Assembly (NCBI GenBank): GCA_051294375.1
Contig: CM119270.1
Location: 2,170,388-2,234,387 of the forward strand
Reading direction: 5' to 3'
Length of the DNA stretch: 64,000 nt
Source of the DNA: Paraspadella gotoi
Taxonomy: Eukaryota > Animalia > Chaetognatha
Made by a program: the position numbers and the translations under genes. The notes below the pieces were generated by a model. It worked only from the letters and a program-made list of their open reading frames with translations, made no database searches and was not told where the DNA came from. Within the stretch, counting starts at the first letter, position 1, and each line of letters opens with the position of its first letter. Positions 1 to 14,290 of the stretch are shown piece by piece.

Positions 1-1160
1 TCTTTTCAAATCTTTTTACTTCGTTTTTAAAATTTTTTTTTCATTTTACTATTTTGTTCTTGTCTTTTCTCTCTTTTCTGTTTTTAACCATTTTATTTTA
101 TTTTATTTTATTTCCTATTTTCTTTCCTGTTTCTTTTTTTGTTTCTTTTCTGTTTCTTTTTTGCTTCTTTTCTGTTTCTTTTTCTCCCTTACGTGTGATA
201 ACCTATGCAAACATATCATCATCATCATCCCTCACCCGCCATTTCTCCATCAACGCGTCACTTTTCCATAATGCCATCACTTCTCCAGCAACCAGTCACT
301 TCTCCATCAACCTGTCACTTCCCAATCAACCCGTCACTTCCCCATCATCCCATCACTTCTCCATCAATCCGTCACTTCCCAATCAACCCGTCACTTCTCC
401 NNNNNNNNNNNNAGAGAGAGAGAGAGCTTAAAAAAATTCTTTAATTGCCTCTCTTAAAAAAGCTCCTGTGAGATTAACCGAGCGAAGTTTCTTCAGGGGA
501 GAATCACTGATTACTTCTCTTTCACGAGAAAATTACTTAAAAATAAGATTTACTTCTTTATATAATTATTTATTCAATAATGTTTTTTTTTAAACGGTTA
601 ACGAGCCGCGATGTCGATGACTTGTGATAAAGTCGGGCGCGACTTAATCCGTGAATGAAATGAGAGGATGTGTGAGGCTCACGACGAAAGATTCACGAAG
701 CGAACTGATCAGTGAAAGTCAACCTTTGTTTCCTTCGGTACGATGCTACGATTTTCNNNNNNNNNNNNNNNNNNNNNNNNNNNNNNNNNNNNNNNNNNNN
801 NNNNNNNNNNNNNNNNNNNNNNNNNNNNNNNNNNNNNNNNNNNNNNNNNNNNNNNNNNNNNNNNNNNNNNNNNNNNNNNNNNNNNNNNNNNNNNNNNNNN
901 NNNNNNNNNNNNNNNNNNNNNTTACAAAATTAACGCTTCATGTAAATTTAGTAACTAAATTATCACTTTTTATGATTATCACAGTTTCAATTGATAGACC
1001 ATTGATATGATAGACCCTTTAACGCTGGCAGAATGAGACGAGAACTGTACACGTACTTCATATATGTATTGCATATAATTTTTTTTATTTTCTTTTTAAA
1101 TTATCTTACCTTTTCGTGACGTTGATTCTAATGTCATTACGTTTGCATAATTCTGCGTGG
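1..1160. repeat. Left arm of a large inverted duplication (partner about 2677-3950)
   Basis: 1-400 is the reverse complement of about 3520-3950 and 421-756 of about 2957-3290 (e.g. CGGTACGATGCTACGATTTTC vs GAAAATCGTAGCATCGTACCG). 922-1160 matches about 2677-2930 more loosely. The arm may continue left of the window. Confidence 0.85.
232..400. repeat. Degenerate ~20-bp tandem repeat (CCATCAACCCGTCACTTC-like)
   Basis: Several copies of CCATCAA(C/T)CCGTCACTTC(T)C; mirrored on the other strand at about 3520-3700. Confidence 0.8.
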
Positions 1161-1170
1161 AGTATATGTG

Positions 1171-1245
<75 letters not shown>

Positions 1246-1392
1246 AGAGAGGCGAGAGAGATTCACCGGTTACTTCTGTTTTTTCTCCAGTTCTAGCGAG
1301 CCTGATTGTAATTTCACTGGCAGCGTCATTCTCTCTCACTCTACGAGCGCGTGAAGCGTCCTCTCTCTCATCTCTCTCTCTCTCCATCTCTC

Positions 1393-1440
<48 letters not shown>

Positions 1441-1496
1441 CTCTCTCTGCTACCACTTCCCTACAATTCGCTTGGGTCATGTCCAAGGATGTTTAA

Positions 1497-2473
1497 TAGG
1501 GCGTTGAAAATAACGAAATATAACGAAATCAAGTGAGGTACATAGCTATTTTAGTGTAATAAAGTCTGTAGAATTCGATGATGATAACATTTTCTTGTAT
1601 AGTCTCATCTTCTTTGTCGGAAAATGGCGATTTTGCAGCATTAAGGTGTTATTAAAATGGAGCAAACATTGTAGGAGTATAAAAGAAACTCAATTATAAG
1701 ATTTTATAAAAGCCATATTTAACTTACATAATATGAAATAAAGACCCATATAAATATTTTGGTAAGTTTATTACAAATTTTATATTTTATTCATAGTTTG
1801 TTAGCTATATTTATTAATAAATAAAATAAAAAATAAGCTAAAGTTAAAAAATAAAAAAATTAAAAAATTTAAAACCGATTTGAATTCCAACAAAAAGTTG
1901 ATATAAGAAAGTATAATCCATTTAAAAAATATTTTATAGTAGGTTAAAAATATTAAAAACTATTATTTTTGTTTAATTTTTCAATTTTTGGCTTTAAAAT
2001 TATAGTTTTTCTTAATTTTGACCACTTAATGACATAATTTTTGATATAAAAATAATATTTTCTTATATCAACTTTTTGCCAAAGAATGCAAATCCATGAA
2101 AAAAAAATTGAAATTATTATTTTTTAACTTTAACCTAATTTTTACTCATAATTATTAATAAATATAGTTTAACTAACTTTTTATAAAACATAAAATTTAG
2201 AATAAACTTACCAATATTTTTATAAGTCTTTATTTTTATAGTTCAAAAGCCATATAAATTTTATAATATTTTAATATTTGATTTATCCATAACTTATAAT
2301 GCTTTTTGCTATTTTATAACAATTTATATACATCAAAAACCGTCATTTTCCGACAAGAAAGATAAAATTATACAAAAAAATGGTCATCACCATCGAATTC
2401 TACAGACTACTTACACTAAAATAGCTATGTACCATCAGTTGATTTGTTATATTTTGTTATTTTCAACCCTCTA
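1497..2473. mobile_element. Non-autonomous hAT-like foldback/MITE element
   Basis: Termini TAGGGCGTTGAAAATAAC...GTTATTTTCAACCCTCTA. Exact 8-bp direct repeat ATGTTTAA at 1489-1496 and 2474-2481. Inverted symmetry extends about 430 bp inward (e.g. AAAAGTTGATATAAGAAA vs TTTCTTATATCAACTTTT). 8-bp TSD and TAGRG ends fit the hAT superfamily. No ORF. Confidence 0.8.
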
Positions 2474-2676
2474 ATGTTTAAGCGTGATGTTGTTAATGAT
2501 GATGATAATGATGATGATGATGAATATGATGATTATGATGATGAATGATTTAACATCTCATTAATTTTACCTCAAAAGCGGAACAATAATTTGTTTGCAT
2601 AATTAATGTTTTTTTCTATGATACTTAGGAGCGGATGGAACCTCGTGCGAACACCATGAAGATTTTAAAAGAAAAA

Positions 2677-3950
2677 GCAGAATTATGCAATCGTAATGAC
2701 ATGAGAATCACTATGAAAATAGGGTAAATAATGTTAAAAGAGAGAAGCATAAAAAGAACCATATCACTGCTGCAAACATACCTACTGTGTTCTGTAACAG
2801 TATCCTCGTTCGCTCATTCTCCCGATGTTAGAAGGCACAATCATGCTATCAATTCGAAAGTATAATTCATATCACAAAATGTAATATGTAATAAATATTT
2901 ACTATTAATCGTAATTTTGATAATTAACGCTAATCCCTATTAAATAAATTAACTATGAAAATCGTAGCATCGTACCGAAAGGCAAAAACAAAGGTTGACT
3001 ATCACATGATCAGTCCGCTTCGTGAATCTCTCGTCGTGAGCCTCACACATCCTCTCATTTCATTCACGATTAAGTCGCGCCCGACTTTATCACAAGTCAT
3101 CGACATCGCGGCTCGTTAACCGTTTAAAAAAAACATTATTGATAATAATTATATAGAGAAGTAAATCTTATTTTTTAAGTAATTTTCTCGTGAAAGAGAA
3201 GTAATCAGTGATTCTCCCCTGAAGAAACTTCGCTCGGTTAATCTCACAGGAGCTTTTTTAAGAGAGGCAATTAAAGATTTTTTAAGCTCTCTCTCTCTCT
3301 CCCTCTCCCTCTCTCTCTCTCTCTCCTCTCTCCCTTTCTCCCTCTCTCTCTCTCTCTCTCAATTTCCGATTTTTCACTAAAAAAAAAAAATTATCCAGAA
3401 ATATATGCAAATTCGTTTTTTGCTTTTTTTTTCTTTGAGCGAAAAAGCGAGAAGGAAAAGATGACGGGAAGCGTCGAAAGACACGACGCCGATTCGAGGT
3501 AGATGTCGCGCGTGGTTGGATGATGAAAGTGACGGTTGATGGAGAAGTGACGGGTTGATTGGGAAGTGACGGATTGATGGAGAAGTGGATGGGATGATGG
3601 GGAAGTGACGGATTGATTGGGAAGTGACAGGTTGATGGAGAAGTGACTGGTTGCTGGAGGAAGTGATGGCATTATGGAAAAAGTGACGCGTTGTGGAGAA
3701 GATGGCGGGTGAGGATGATGATGATGATATGTTTGCATAGGTTATCACACGTAAGGGAGAAAAAGAAACAAAAAAGAAAACAAAAAAGAAACAGAAAAGA
3801 AAACAGAAAATGAACAGAAAGAAATAGGAAAAGAAAATAAAAAAAATAAAATAGTAAAAACAGAAAGAGAGAAAAGACAAGAACAAAATAGTAAAATGAA
3901 AAAAAAATTTTAAAACGAAGTAAAAAGATTTGATAAGAAGAGAAAAAAAA
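2677..3950. repeat. Right arm of the inverted duplication (partner 1-1160)
   Basis: Reverse complement of the window start, as described for the left arm. Confidence 0.85.
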
Positions 3951-3952
3951 AA

Positions 3953-4012
<60 letters not shown>

Positions 4013-4345
4013 TTGGGAGCTTAAAGGCTTCCTCTTTAGCTTAACGTTTGATTTAAGCGTCAACAAACAAAAGTAAATTTTAAAAAAAACGTAAAAAAAA
4101 ACAACGAAATTGCGATGGAAAATCCTAATATAAACAAACAAATCGTGGAATTGAAAACAATGAACGACGACTACGACGAACGACGACGACGACGACGAGG
4201 ACGACAACGACGACGAAAACGACGACGAAAAAAAAGGCAAAAATCCTTCGGCGCGAAGAAGATTGATAAGTGAGGATATTTTTTTTCTTTCTTTCTCTTC
4301 GAGGATCAAAGTTTCAGGAGCAGAATCAATCCCCATATTTCTCTC

Positions 4346-4440
<95 letters not shown>

Positions 4441-4711
4441 TACTCCCGCTAACGAACACAACCGCTGGCACGCCACACGGACAAACGAGAAACCAAGGGC
4501 CCCTGCCGCCGCCTCCGCTGCTGCTGACGCTTCGCCGCCGCCGCCTCTCTCGCCGCCGCTGCCAGCTGCCGCATCCGCCCATCTCTGTAGCAGAACCAAA
4601 TCGACAAAAATTCTTATACTTTATTTTCCTTTCTCTGATTCTGATTCTGATTCTGAATAATAATTTCAAAACTGTCCTTTCTCCTTTAACCTATTTCTAA
4701 TTTCCTTTCAC

Positions 4712-4781
<70 letters not shown>

Positions 4782-4862
4782 CTTCCCCACTCTCTCTCCC
4801 CCTCTCCTCTCTCTGCCCCCATCTCTTCTCTCCCTCTCCCCACCTCCTTGGTCCTGTCTCTC

Positions 4863-4913
<51 letters not shown>

Positions 4914-5785
4914 CTCCTCTCCCACTCCTCCCTTCTCCCCCTCTCTCTCTCTCTGCCCCAATCGCTCTCTCCCTTCCCCACCTCTCTGTCTCCTCTCTCT
5001 CCTCTCTCTACGTCCTCTCTCTCTCTCTCTCCCTCTCTCTCTCTCTCTCTCCTCTCTCTTCTCTCTCTCTCTCTTCCTCTCCTCTCCCACTCGCTCTATA
5101 CGCTCTTTTCTGGTTCCTTTTCCCCTGAAACAATATAACCGCAGCCCATAACCGTGCGCGCCGCGTCCATCGCCCGCCGGGTTTGGGGTTTTTTAGAAGT
5201 ATCCTTTTTTTTTTAAGGGAATCCACGAGGGGGCAGGGGGCGCGGATCTTGAAGGGGTGGTGAAAATTGGGTTTGGAAGGGAGGGGTTGGAGAGGTTTTG
5301 GTAAGAGGGCGAAAATGGATACTAACTAAGCAAAAATTTAGTCACGTTTGAGGATTTTTATTTAAAAAAAGTTTTAATCTGAATTTTTTTTAAATTTAGG
5401 CCTCATTATGTTCATTTATATCGATTTACATTTATATCTATTATGAGTAAAATTCAAATTCGTTTTTTTGCCGTCTGTTATATCCATTAGTCTGAAACAA
5501 ATAATATATTTTAATTATCCCAACAATTTTTTCCCTTAAAAAATTATTAAAAAAATTTTAATAATAATTAAATTAAAATAAAATAAAATGAAGTAAAATA
5601 TTTTTTTTTAATTTAATAATTTAAGTTACTCGCCCAAAATGTAACGTTTTTAAAAAAAAAATTAACATAGATTTAAAAACATTTAATTTTTAGTTTCAAT
5701 TGCACCTTAAGTTTTTTTAAATATGACGATAAAATTAAGCCTTGATGGGAGAGAGAGAACGGAAGTTGGAAAAACAAAGATATGA

Positions 5786-5786
<1 letters not shown>

Positions 5787-5821
<35 letters not shown>

Positions 5822-5840
5822 ATTATTATTATTATTATTA

Positions 5841-5871
<31 letters not shown>

Positions 5872-5990
5872 TTTATTATAATTATTATTATTATTATAAT
5901 TATTAATATTATTATTCTATTATTATTTATTATTATTATTATATTATAATTATTATATTATTATTATTATATTATTATTATTTATTATTA
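5787..5990. repeat. (ATT)n microsatellite
   Basis: About 200 bp of imperfect ATT trinucleotide repeat. Confidence 0.95.
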
Positions 5991-8900
5991 TTGGGAAGCG
6001 TAAACTTTTTCATTTTTCTTCTGAGAAACAATTTTTTTTCTATCAAATTTTGTTTTTCGTTGACGAAGCGGAAGATGTTGGGGGAGACAGAGTGAAGGTA
6101 TATGGGAGACAGAACAGAGAGACCAGAGAGACAGAGAGACAGGAGAGACAGAGAGACAGAGAGACAGAGAGACAGAGGACAGAGGGAGCTTTTGCGAGAA
6201 TATAATTCGATAACTTCTCGAGAACTTTCGATTCGTATGTTTTTTTTGTTTAGATGAGGAATTTCTGTTCGAGCGAATTTTGACGTGAAAATCCCAATGA
6301 TTGAAAAAAAAAAGGAAATTCATTTTAGGAAGTTATTATATGAAACAAGTACACAGTAGTTTTACATTCTACCAGTGTATATTATTCATCTGAAGTAGAC
6401 AGGGATTTCATATGAAATCAAAGTGGAAAAATCGGTTTCATCCTCATTTTACTAATCCACTCATCTTCCCTTTCTTCATTTTCTCCCCTTTTCTTTTTCT
6501 TTTTTTAAATTTTTATTCCTCCCTTCCTTTCCTTTTTCCCCCTTTCATCCTTTTGAAAAGATTCCTCTCTCTTCCCCTACTTCCTCACTCGCTGCCCTTT
6601 CCTATAAATTTCTCTATCTCTTCATTTCCTTCCTTCCCTCTCCTTCTTTCTTCCCCTTCTCCCTCTCCGTCTCTTATCTTCCTCGTTACTTTTCCTCTCT
6701 CTCTGCCTTTTCCTTATAAATTCCTTTATCCTCTTCCCTTTCACTTCCTCCTTTCTCCTCTAGTTTTCCCCTACTCCCTTCTTCCTTCCCCCTCCCCTTC
6801 CCGCTTCCCCCCACCTCTCCCCCCTTTCCTTCCATCCAAATCTCAGCGGCGACGACATGGGTGCCAAAAAAAGAAGGAACCGTGAGGAAAGGAAATTGTG
6901 AAGCCGAAAGTAATCACGGTTGTGAGTATCTTTCCGACCGAAAAAAAAAAGAAAAAAACCCTTTTTATAAGTCGCTGAAAAGAACACAATACGAAGCTTT
7001 TCGGTCAGTCAGTCAGCTGTCTGTCTGTCTGTCTGCTATGTCAATCTTTATATCGGTCAGTGTGGTGATACGTGACTAACGTGACACGCACTGCATTCTT
7101 TTTGTTGATTTCTTATTTTTCCTTGTCAGCAAATTAACAAAGAGCAACAGAATTTAAGATAAGAATTTAATTTTGGTTGTGAATACATAAACACGTTAAA
7201 GTCGAATGGTAACCTCACTTTCACACCAAATTGAACGTAAATTTTATAAAATATTTATTGTTTCCGATTATGAGGGTTTTTAACATTAGTGGGACAGACC
7301 GACGGACAACATTTACCACCGACCGACCAAGTGACCGACTACCGACCCCCAAGATCCGCTGATATACAGATAAAAGTGTTACGGAAAAGGTTTTTGGTCG
7401 ATTAAATCACGAGGCGAAGAGGAAGAAAAAATAGAGAATAGGAAAGAAAAGAAAGAATAATAAAAACCACCGCCACAGTTTTAAACAAACAAACAAACTA
7501 TAAATCATCTTTGCCCCTTCTATTCTTCACTCGTAATATTATAATATTCCACCCCTCTCTCTTCCTCCCCACCAAAAGAGAAATAATCTTCCCTCAATCC
7601 CGGATAATCCATCTCTAATCCTCTCTTGTTGNNNNNNNNNNNNNNNNNNNNNNNNNACACACACTCTCTCTCTTCTCAAGTCTTTTTTCACATTTTTAAG
7701 CTCAATTTGGTTTTTGCCTCAAATGAAAAAAGAAAATTTCGATGTCAAATTGTCAAAAAGTAAACCGGATTTGTTGAGATGACAAATCAGTCAGCCCGTC
7801 ACATTAGTCATTTTGTGACTCTTTCCATTCTCTCATTTTTTTCTAATTTGGCAGTCTGTCATTCTTTAAAACATGTCACTTTGTCACTCTTTTCTTTCCG
7901 TCGTATCAGTGATTTTGTCAGTCGGTCGTTCTGTCATAACTTTCACTTTGTCAGCCCGTCATTTCATCGTATCATCCATTTTGTCGGTCATTAAATACAG
8001 CCCACTTTCTCATAAACGATCGAAACTTCCCAGTTTCCATATCACACGATCCCAATTTTCTCATTATCTCTCGACTATCACCATCTTCAAGACTCGCATC
8101 TTCGAGACGAGGTGCCTCCACCAAATTCCGCGTTTCCCATTAAAAGCGAATTTATGAGATTCGAAGCAAAGAAAATTCCCAAGTTTTCCCTTTTCGCTTT
8201 TCCCAAGGTAAACATTCGTGGGGAGAAAAAAAATGTTTATTTCTTCAGCGAAACGATGAACGATAATATATATATATATGTCTTTTCATACAATTGAAAC
8301 ATATTTAGAAATATTATACCACTTCATTGATAGGGAAGCCAGGTACTCTGGAAGAGAATAAACGAGACTGTGAGAGAGATTTAGATGATTTAAAAAAAAT
8401 AAATTAACAAATAATAAATTGTAAAACAAAGTTTATAAAAAACTTATGTTACAACTGCTAACATCTTCTTAATTCAATTCGTATAAAAATAAAAAAAAAC
8501 AATTATTTTTGTGGAGGAGGAAAATGACAGTTTTGAAAATTGAAAAGAAAACTTTGACACCAAAAACCGAAAAAAACAAGAACCAAAAAAAAGAAAAAAA
8601 AAAGAAAAAAGAAAAAAAAGGAGAGAAGAGAAAATGACAGAGACGTGGACCATTTGGGAAATACAATGGAAAGCCACGTCACCAGCGAAGCTCAAATCAG
8701 GTTAACAGCTTTTTAGGAGCAAATAAAGAGTTAAAAGGAAAAGATTACGAAATAGAAGAGAGGGACAAGGAGGAGTAGGAGGAGGAGAGGGAGGAGGAGG
8801 AGATGGAGGAGGAGGAAAGGAGAGGAAGGAGGAGTAGAAGAAGACGGAGAAGGTGAAGGAGAGGTCGGAGGAGGAGGAAAAGGAGGAAAGGAAAGAGATA

Positions 8901-9159
8901 AATAGAAGAAAGCTGAAGGAAAGAAAATAATTTTCAACGGGCAAAAAGGAGGAAAAGAAAAGAAACAAAAAAAAAGGTTCAATAGAAAAGAAAAAAAATA
9001 GAAAAGAAACAGGACAAAATAAAAATAAGAANNNNNNNNNNAAGAAACAAAAAAAAAGGTTTAATAGAAAAGAAAAAAAATAGAAAAGAAACAGGATAAA
9101 ATAAAAATAAGAAAAATGAGAAAAGATAAGAGAAAGAGAGAAATAAATGAAATTTAGGA

Positions 9160-9310
9160 AGAAATATGAAGAAAGGAAGATAGGATAAGAAAGAGAGATG
9201 AGATTAAAAGAAATATGAAGAAAGGAAGATAGGAAAAGGAAGAGAGATGAGATTAAAAGAAATATGAGGAAAGGAAGATAGGAAAAGAAAGAGAGATGAC
9301 ATTAAAAAAT
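9160..9310. repeat. ~49-bp minisatellite, about 3 copies
   Basis: GAAATATGAAGAAAGGAAGATAGGA(T/A)AAG(A/G)AAGAGAGATGAGATTAAAA repeated in tandem. Confidence 0.85.
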
Positions 9311-10326
9311 AAATACGAGGATATGAAATGGGGAGAAAAAAAGAAGAAAAAAAGAAAAAAGAGAAAATTTTAATTTTAAAATCTACAATGGTAAAGATAA
9401 CAAATTTGTGAATCGGATCCTCATGTCATTCAACCTTTTTTGCGAATCCCATATTTTTTATCCCAATTTTATTTTCTATTTTTAACTTTTCTTCAATTTT
9501 TTTAGACTTTTTTTTTCGACGCCATTTTCGTTGTTTATCCCCGCGAGATGGCGAAAAGAATATTTTTTTTATATTTTACGTTTATGCTGTTTTGCTCTCT
9601 TTTTTTTTGCTTTTTTTTTCTCCCCTGATGTTGTCTTTTATGAACGACAAAGCAGAAAAAAAAGCAGGAAAAAAAGCTCTTCTTTCTTTTCTTCGGCCTT
9701 AAATGCGACGGGATTTGGGGATTTCGTTTGTTTGCCTTTTGTTTATTTTGATTCGAGCGCACGACCCCCAGGGGCGTCGTCGTCTTAAATGTCGTCGTTC
9801 TCGTTGTCATCGTTGTCGTCGGAATTGACGTCGTCGTTGTCATTGTCGTCGTCGTTGTCATTGTCGTACGTGACGTCGCTGTCGACGTTATCGTCGTCGT
9901 CTTCGTCGTCGTCATCCGAGTTGTCGTCGTCGTCATTGTCCTTTTCGCCTTTCTCGTCGTTGTCATCGTTGTCGTCTGAAATTATATAGTTTCCGTCGTT
10001 TGTCGTTGTCATCGTTGTCTTCATTCACGTCACGTCGTTGTCGTCGCCGTCATCGTCTTCAACATCGAAACCTTTTTGTCATTATCATAACTTGTCATCA
10101 TCAAAGATGTCGTTTACATCATTGTCAGGGTTTTCATGTACGTGGGTTGGGAGCAACAATATTAAAAAAAACTCTGACTCAATTTGTAGTAATTGTCATT
10201 CTGTGTTTTTTTTACTTTGTCATTTTTTAGTCGTCGCTGTCATCGTTTGTCTTCCAAGTCGTTTTTTTCATCCCCAGAGAACCGGAGTTATTCATCATAA
10301 GGATTTTTTTCGTTACATTAGTTGAC

Positions 10327-10400
<74 letters not shown>

Positions 10401-10771
10401 AGAGGAGAGACAGAAGAGAGGAGAGGAGACGAGTTTATTATTTTAGGGAAGATTGAAAAAAAGATAAATGATGCGTTTATGAGGAAATTTCTTTCTCCCT
10501 ACTTTTTATGTCTTCTTCTTCCTTTTCTTTTTCTTTTTCTTTTTCTTTTTCTTTTTCTTTTTCTTTATCATCTTTTTCTTTTTCTTTTTCTTTTTTTATC
10601 TTTTTCTTTTTCTTTTTCTTTTACCTTCTCCTTCTTCTTATTCCTTCTCTGGGTTTTCCTTCTCTCACTTCTTTTTCTCACTTCTACGTTAGGAGCGACA
10701 GTAAATCTCTATCATTGGTGAGAGAAATAACGAGAAAGNNNNNNNNNNNNNNNNNNNNNNNNNNNNNNNNN

Positions 10772-10837
<66 letters not shown>

Positions 10838-11608
10838 GAGAGAGAGGAGAGAGAGACAGAGAGAAAGGTACAGAGGCAAAAGGAGAGAGAGAGAGAGAGA
10901 CAGAGAGAAAGGTACAGAGGCAAAAGGAGAAGTCGGTAGAGTATGAGAGAAGGTGTGAGACAGCCGAGCCTAACTGTTCCCTCAACGTGGTCAGTTTCTT
11001 TTTGTTTCCATGGAAACGAAAAGTCTCGTTCTCTGNNNNNNNNNNGAATCCGGACTCAACGGATAGAGAGACTGAGATTTACCGCGAGCAGTCGAGGCCA
11101 AAATTGAAAGATTACTTGTTTTACTATATTAGACTAAATTAAACAAAAAAATTAAAATAAATATTTCATATATGTATTAGATTGAACTATCATTTATTTC
11201 ATATTTAAATATTTATTTTTGCTATAGTTTATTTAATATTAAAATACATATTGGGGAGAGGGATGATAGCGTTGTGTTTTGGAAATAAAGGGAGCATCTA
11301 AACAACACAACGTTAAAAAATTACATTCTGCCTTCGTTTTCTCATATGGTATTAGACTTCATTTTTTTTCTTTTTAATTTTTGTTCTGCATTTGTGTTCT
11401 ATTGATATTCCTTGCTATGCTATGCTTTCAGTTTTTAACCGTTCTAGAAAATTACATATATTTCACTTTTTAGAAATTCTATACAAAAAAAATCAATTTT
11501 AAGTGAATTTTTTTCGGTTCTTTGCTTAAAGATTTGTTTATTGAAGTAAGCGCTAATAGGCAAAGTGAATTAAGGCTGAAAGTTTAATAAACTTTTTTGA
11601 CCATGTGT

Positions 11609-11647
<39 letters not shown>

Positions 11648-11842
11648 NNNNNNNNNNNNNNNNNNNNNNNNNNNNNNNNNNNNNNNNNNNNNNNNNNNNN
11701 NNNNNNNNNNNNNNNNNNNNNNNNNNNNNNNNNNNNNNNNNNNNNNNNNNNNNNNNNNNNNNNNNNNNNNNNNNNNNNNNNNNNNNNNNNNNNNNNNNNN
11801 NNNNNNNNNNNNNNNNNNNNNNNNNNNNNNNNNNNNNNNNNN

Positions 11843-11881
<39 letters not shown>

Positions 11882-14049
11882 CGCTGGTCTAATGGGAAAA
11901 AACCGTTTGTGGAAGATGAAAGGAGAAGAAGAGAGTTGGTCGCAGCAAATGATCTCATCGGCGAATTGCTGTTGGCCAAAGGACAAAGATGCCACCTTGT
12001 TGATGCATTGTGCAGAACCGTGATCTAAGTAAAGTGAAAAAAGGGAAAAACACTTTTCTTTGTCAGTAAATATTCTTTCAAGCGCATGAAATGACAAGGG
12101 TGGATGATGATGATGATGACGATGGTGATGATAATGATAATGATGATGATATGAATGATGTATGATATGATAGATGATGTAGATTGAAAGATCGATGGTG
12201 ATGAAGTTAATGATTATGTATTACGTGATTTTAAATTGATGATGATGATGATGATGATGGTGATGAATATGATAATGGCGAAGGTGATGGATGTTATATG
12301 ATGATGCATGATGATGATGGTGACTGATGAATGATGATCGAATGAATGATGATGATGAATGATGATGCACTGGTGATGATCGATGAATGAGAGATCGTTC
12401 AATAAACGCTTAATTTATTTAAAAAAAAAAATATTAATTCCGATTCTGAAGAGCAATTGAAGAGAAACAAGTTTGAGCAAACAATGTCGGATCTGCCTAT
12501 CGATAATTAATTAATTAATTGATTAATTAATTAATTATAGATTATTAATTAATTAATAGATAATTAAATAATTAATTAATAGATTTTATTAAATTTATAT
12601 TCAGCCTTGTTCATCAAATCCGTGTCCTTAAAATTGAGTCCGGACAGTTATTAAATGTTTTGTTTTGAACATTTTATCAAAAACAAACAAATATCCTCTA
12701 TTATCGAGCCAGGCGGGCAAAGCCGTCCTGCTCTAATTTTTTTTCGGTTTAGCTTTCCCGGTCCCTCGCTTTTTTTGCAATCATGGCTTCTGAAAGTGTG
12801 GAATATCATATATGGAGTTTGAATTTTCATATATGGCTTCAGTGGAATTCCTGATTATTAAATTATTAGTAAGAAGTAATAAAATCGCGGGCCGAATTCT
12901 TTAAAAATGCCAATGCCCGCTAAGAAATATCTTTGCCCTCGTGTTTCAGACGCCGGTCGCAAAACGTTACCTTATTTGGAAGTATTTTTTAGAATTGTTT
13001 TACTTTACAAATGTAACCAATTTTCTTCTCTCTCTCCGCCATAAAAAATGAAATGCCCACTTTGTATCAATTAGCCAATTCGATTCATTCGCTTTTCTGA
13101 TTTCAATAAATCGATTCATCTCATTTTTGTTCGCCAATTTTTCTTAATCTCGACACCTACTCTTTCTAATCAATCAAGATCTTTTAAAAAATTCTCATGT
13201 TTCATCATCAATATGGTATTGTTTATGTTTTTATTTTTTACAAAAACAAAAACCGGTTTTAAATTATATGTCGCTCTCTCTTCTCTTCTTTTTCTCCGGT
13301 CACTGCTTCTTCCTAAAAAAACACGAGTTCCCGGCTCTGCAAGCGTCTGTCATCCTCCAGCTTTCTTTCCTCTCTCTTCTCCTCTCTCTCTCGCTTTTTT
13401 CTTTTTTATTTTACAAAAACATTTTTTAGATATAATGTTGGGTTCACTAATGTAAAAACGATGAGGAACAGGGGGCGCGAACCCCGGGTTCTTGGGGGTA
13501 GAGAATAGCTCACGCTACGTCGGCGCATAAACGTATGGCCTGATCTTCCTAGAGTAAAGGGGCTGTAAGCTTCTCTCCTTCCCTCTCCTCTTTTAAATTC
13601 ATTATATTCTTCGGCTCTTTTTCTCTTTTTTTCTCTGCAGCGGCTGTCCTCTCTCTCTCTCTCGCCTTTTTCCTCCTCTCTCTCTTGTCTCCTTCTTGTC
13701 TCTCTGTGGTTGTGGTCCTGTCCCTCATCTGTCCCGATCTTTTGGCCCGTGATCCGTTTTTTTTTTGAAAAATTCCTGATAATTTTTTTTCCTTCTAAAA
13801 ACTTTATTATCTGCCATTTTTATTCGGCGCTTTTTTTCACATACCAATCCATATTTCATGCGAGAGATTTTTCCGTGGATTTATTTACTTTTCTTTCCTC
13901 TCTCCTCCTCGGCATCCTCTCTCTCTTTTCTCTCTCTCTCCTGCCCGTCTTTCTTTCTTTCTCTCTCCTCTTTTCTCTCTTCTCTCTCCTCTTCTCCCTC
14001 TCTCTCTCTCTCTCCTCTTCCTTTTCAATCATATCACGAATTTGTTTGT

Positions 14050-14290
14050 TTTATTGACTATCATCGCATCAATGATGAACAACACGAATCAATGCCATGA
14101 ACAATCCATCGCATCAATGAATGACTATCATCACAGCAGTGGAAATTGACTATCATCGCATCAATAATTGATTATCAATCGAATCAATAATCAATTCCCA
14201 TTACATCAATAAAATTACTATTACATCAATTCAATTAGTATTACCCTCCAATCATTACTAGTTACAATTTCAACAATTCGTTATCGCATG
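14050..14290. repeat. Degenerate ~22-bp tandem repeat
   Basis: Recurrent TTGACTATCATCGCATCAAT-like units that decay rightward. Confidence 0.65.

Noticed and set aside
3377-4669. 430-aa minus-strand ORF
   Set aside because: Stays open only because it runs through (GA)n, (TCG)n and T-rich simple repeats; no domain recognised.
8961-9112. Direct repeat on both sides of the 10-N gap
   Set aside because: Typical unmerged contig-end overlap.
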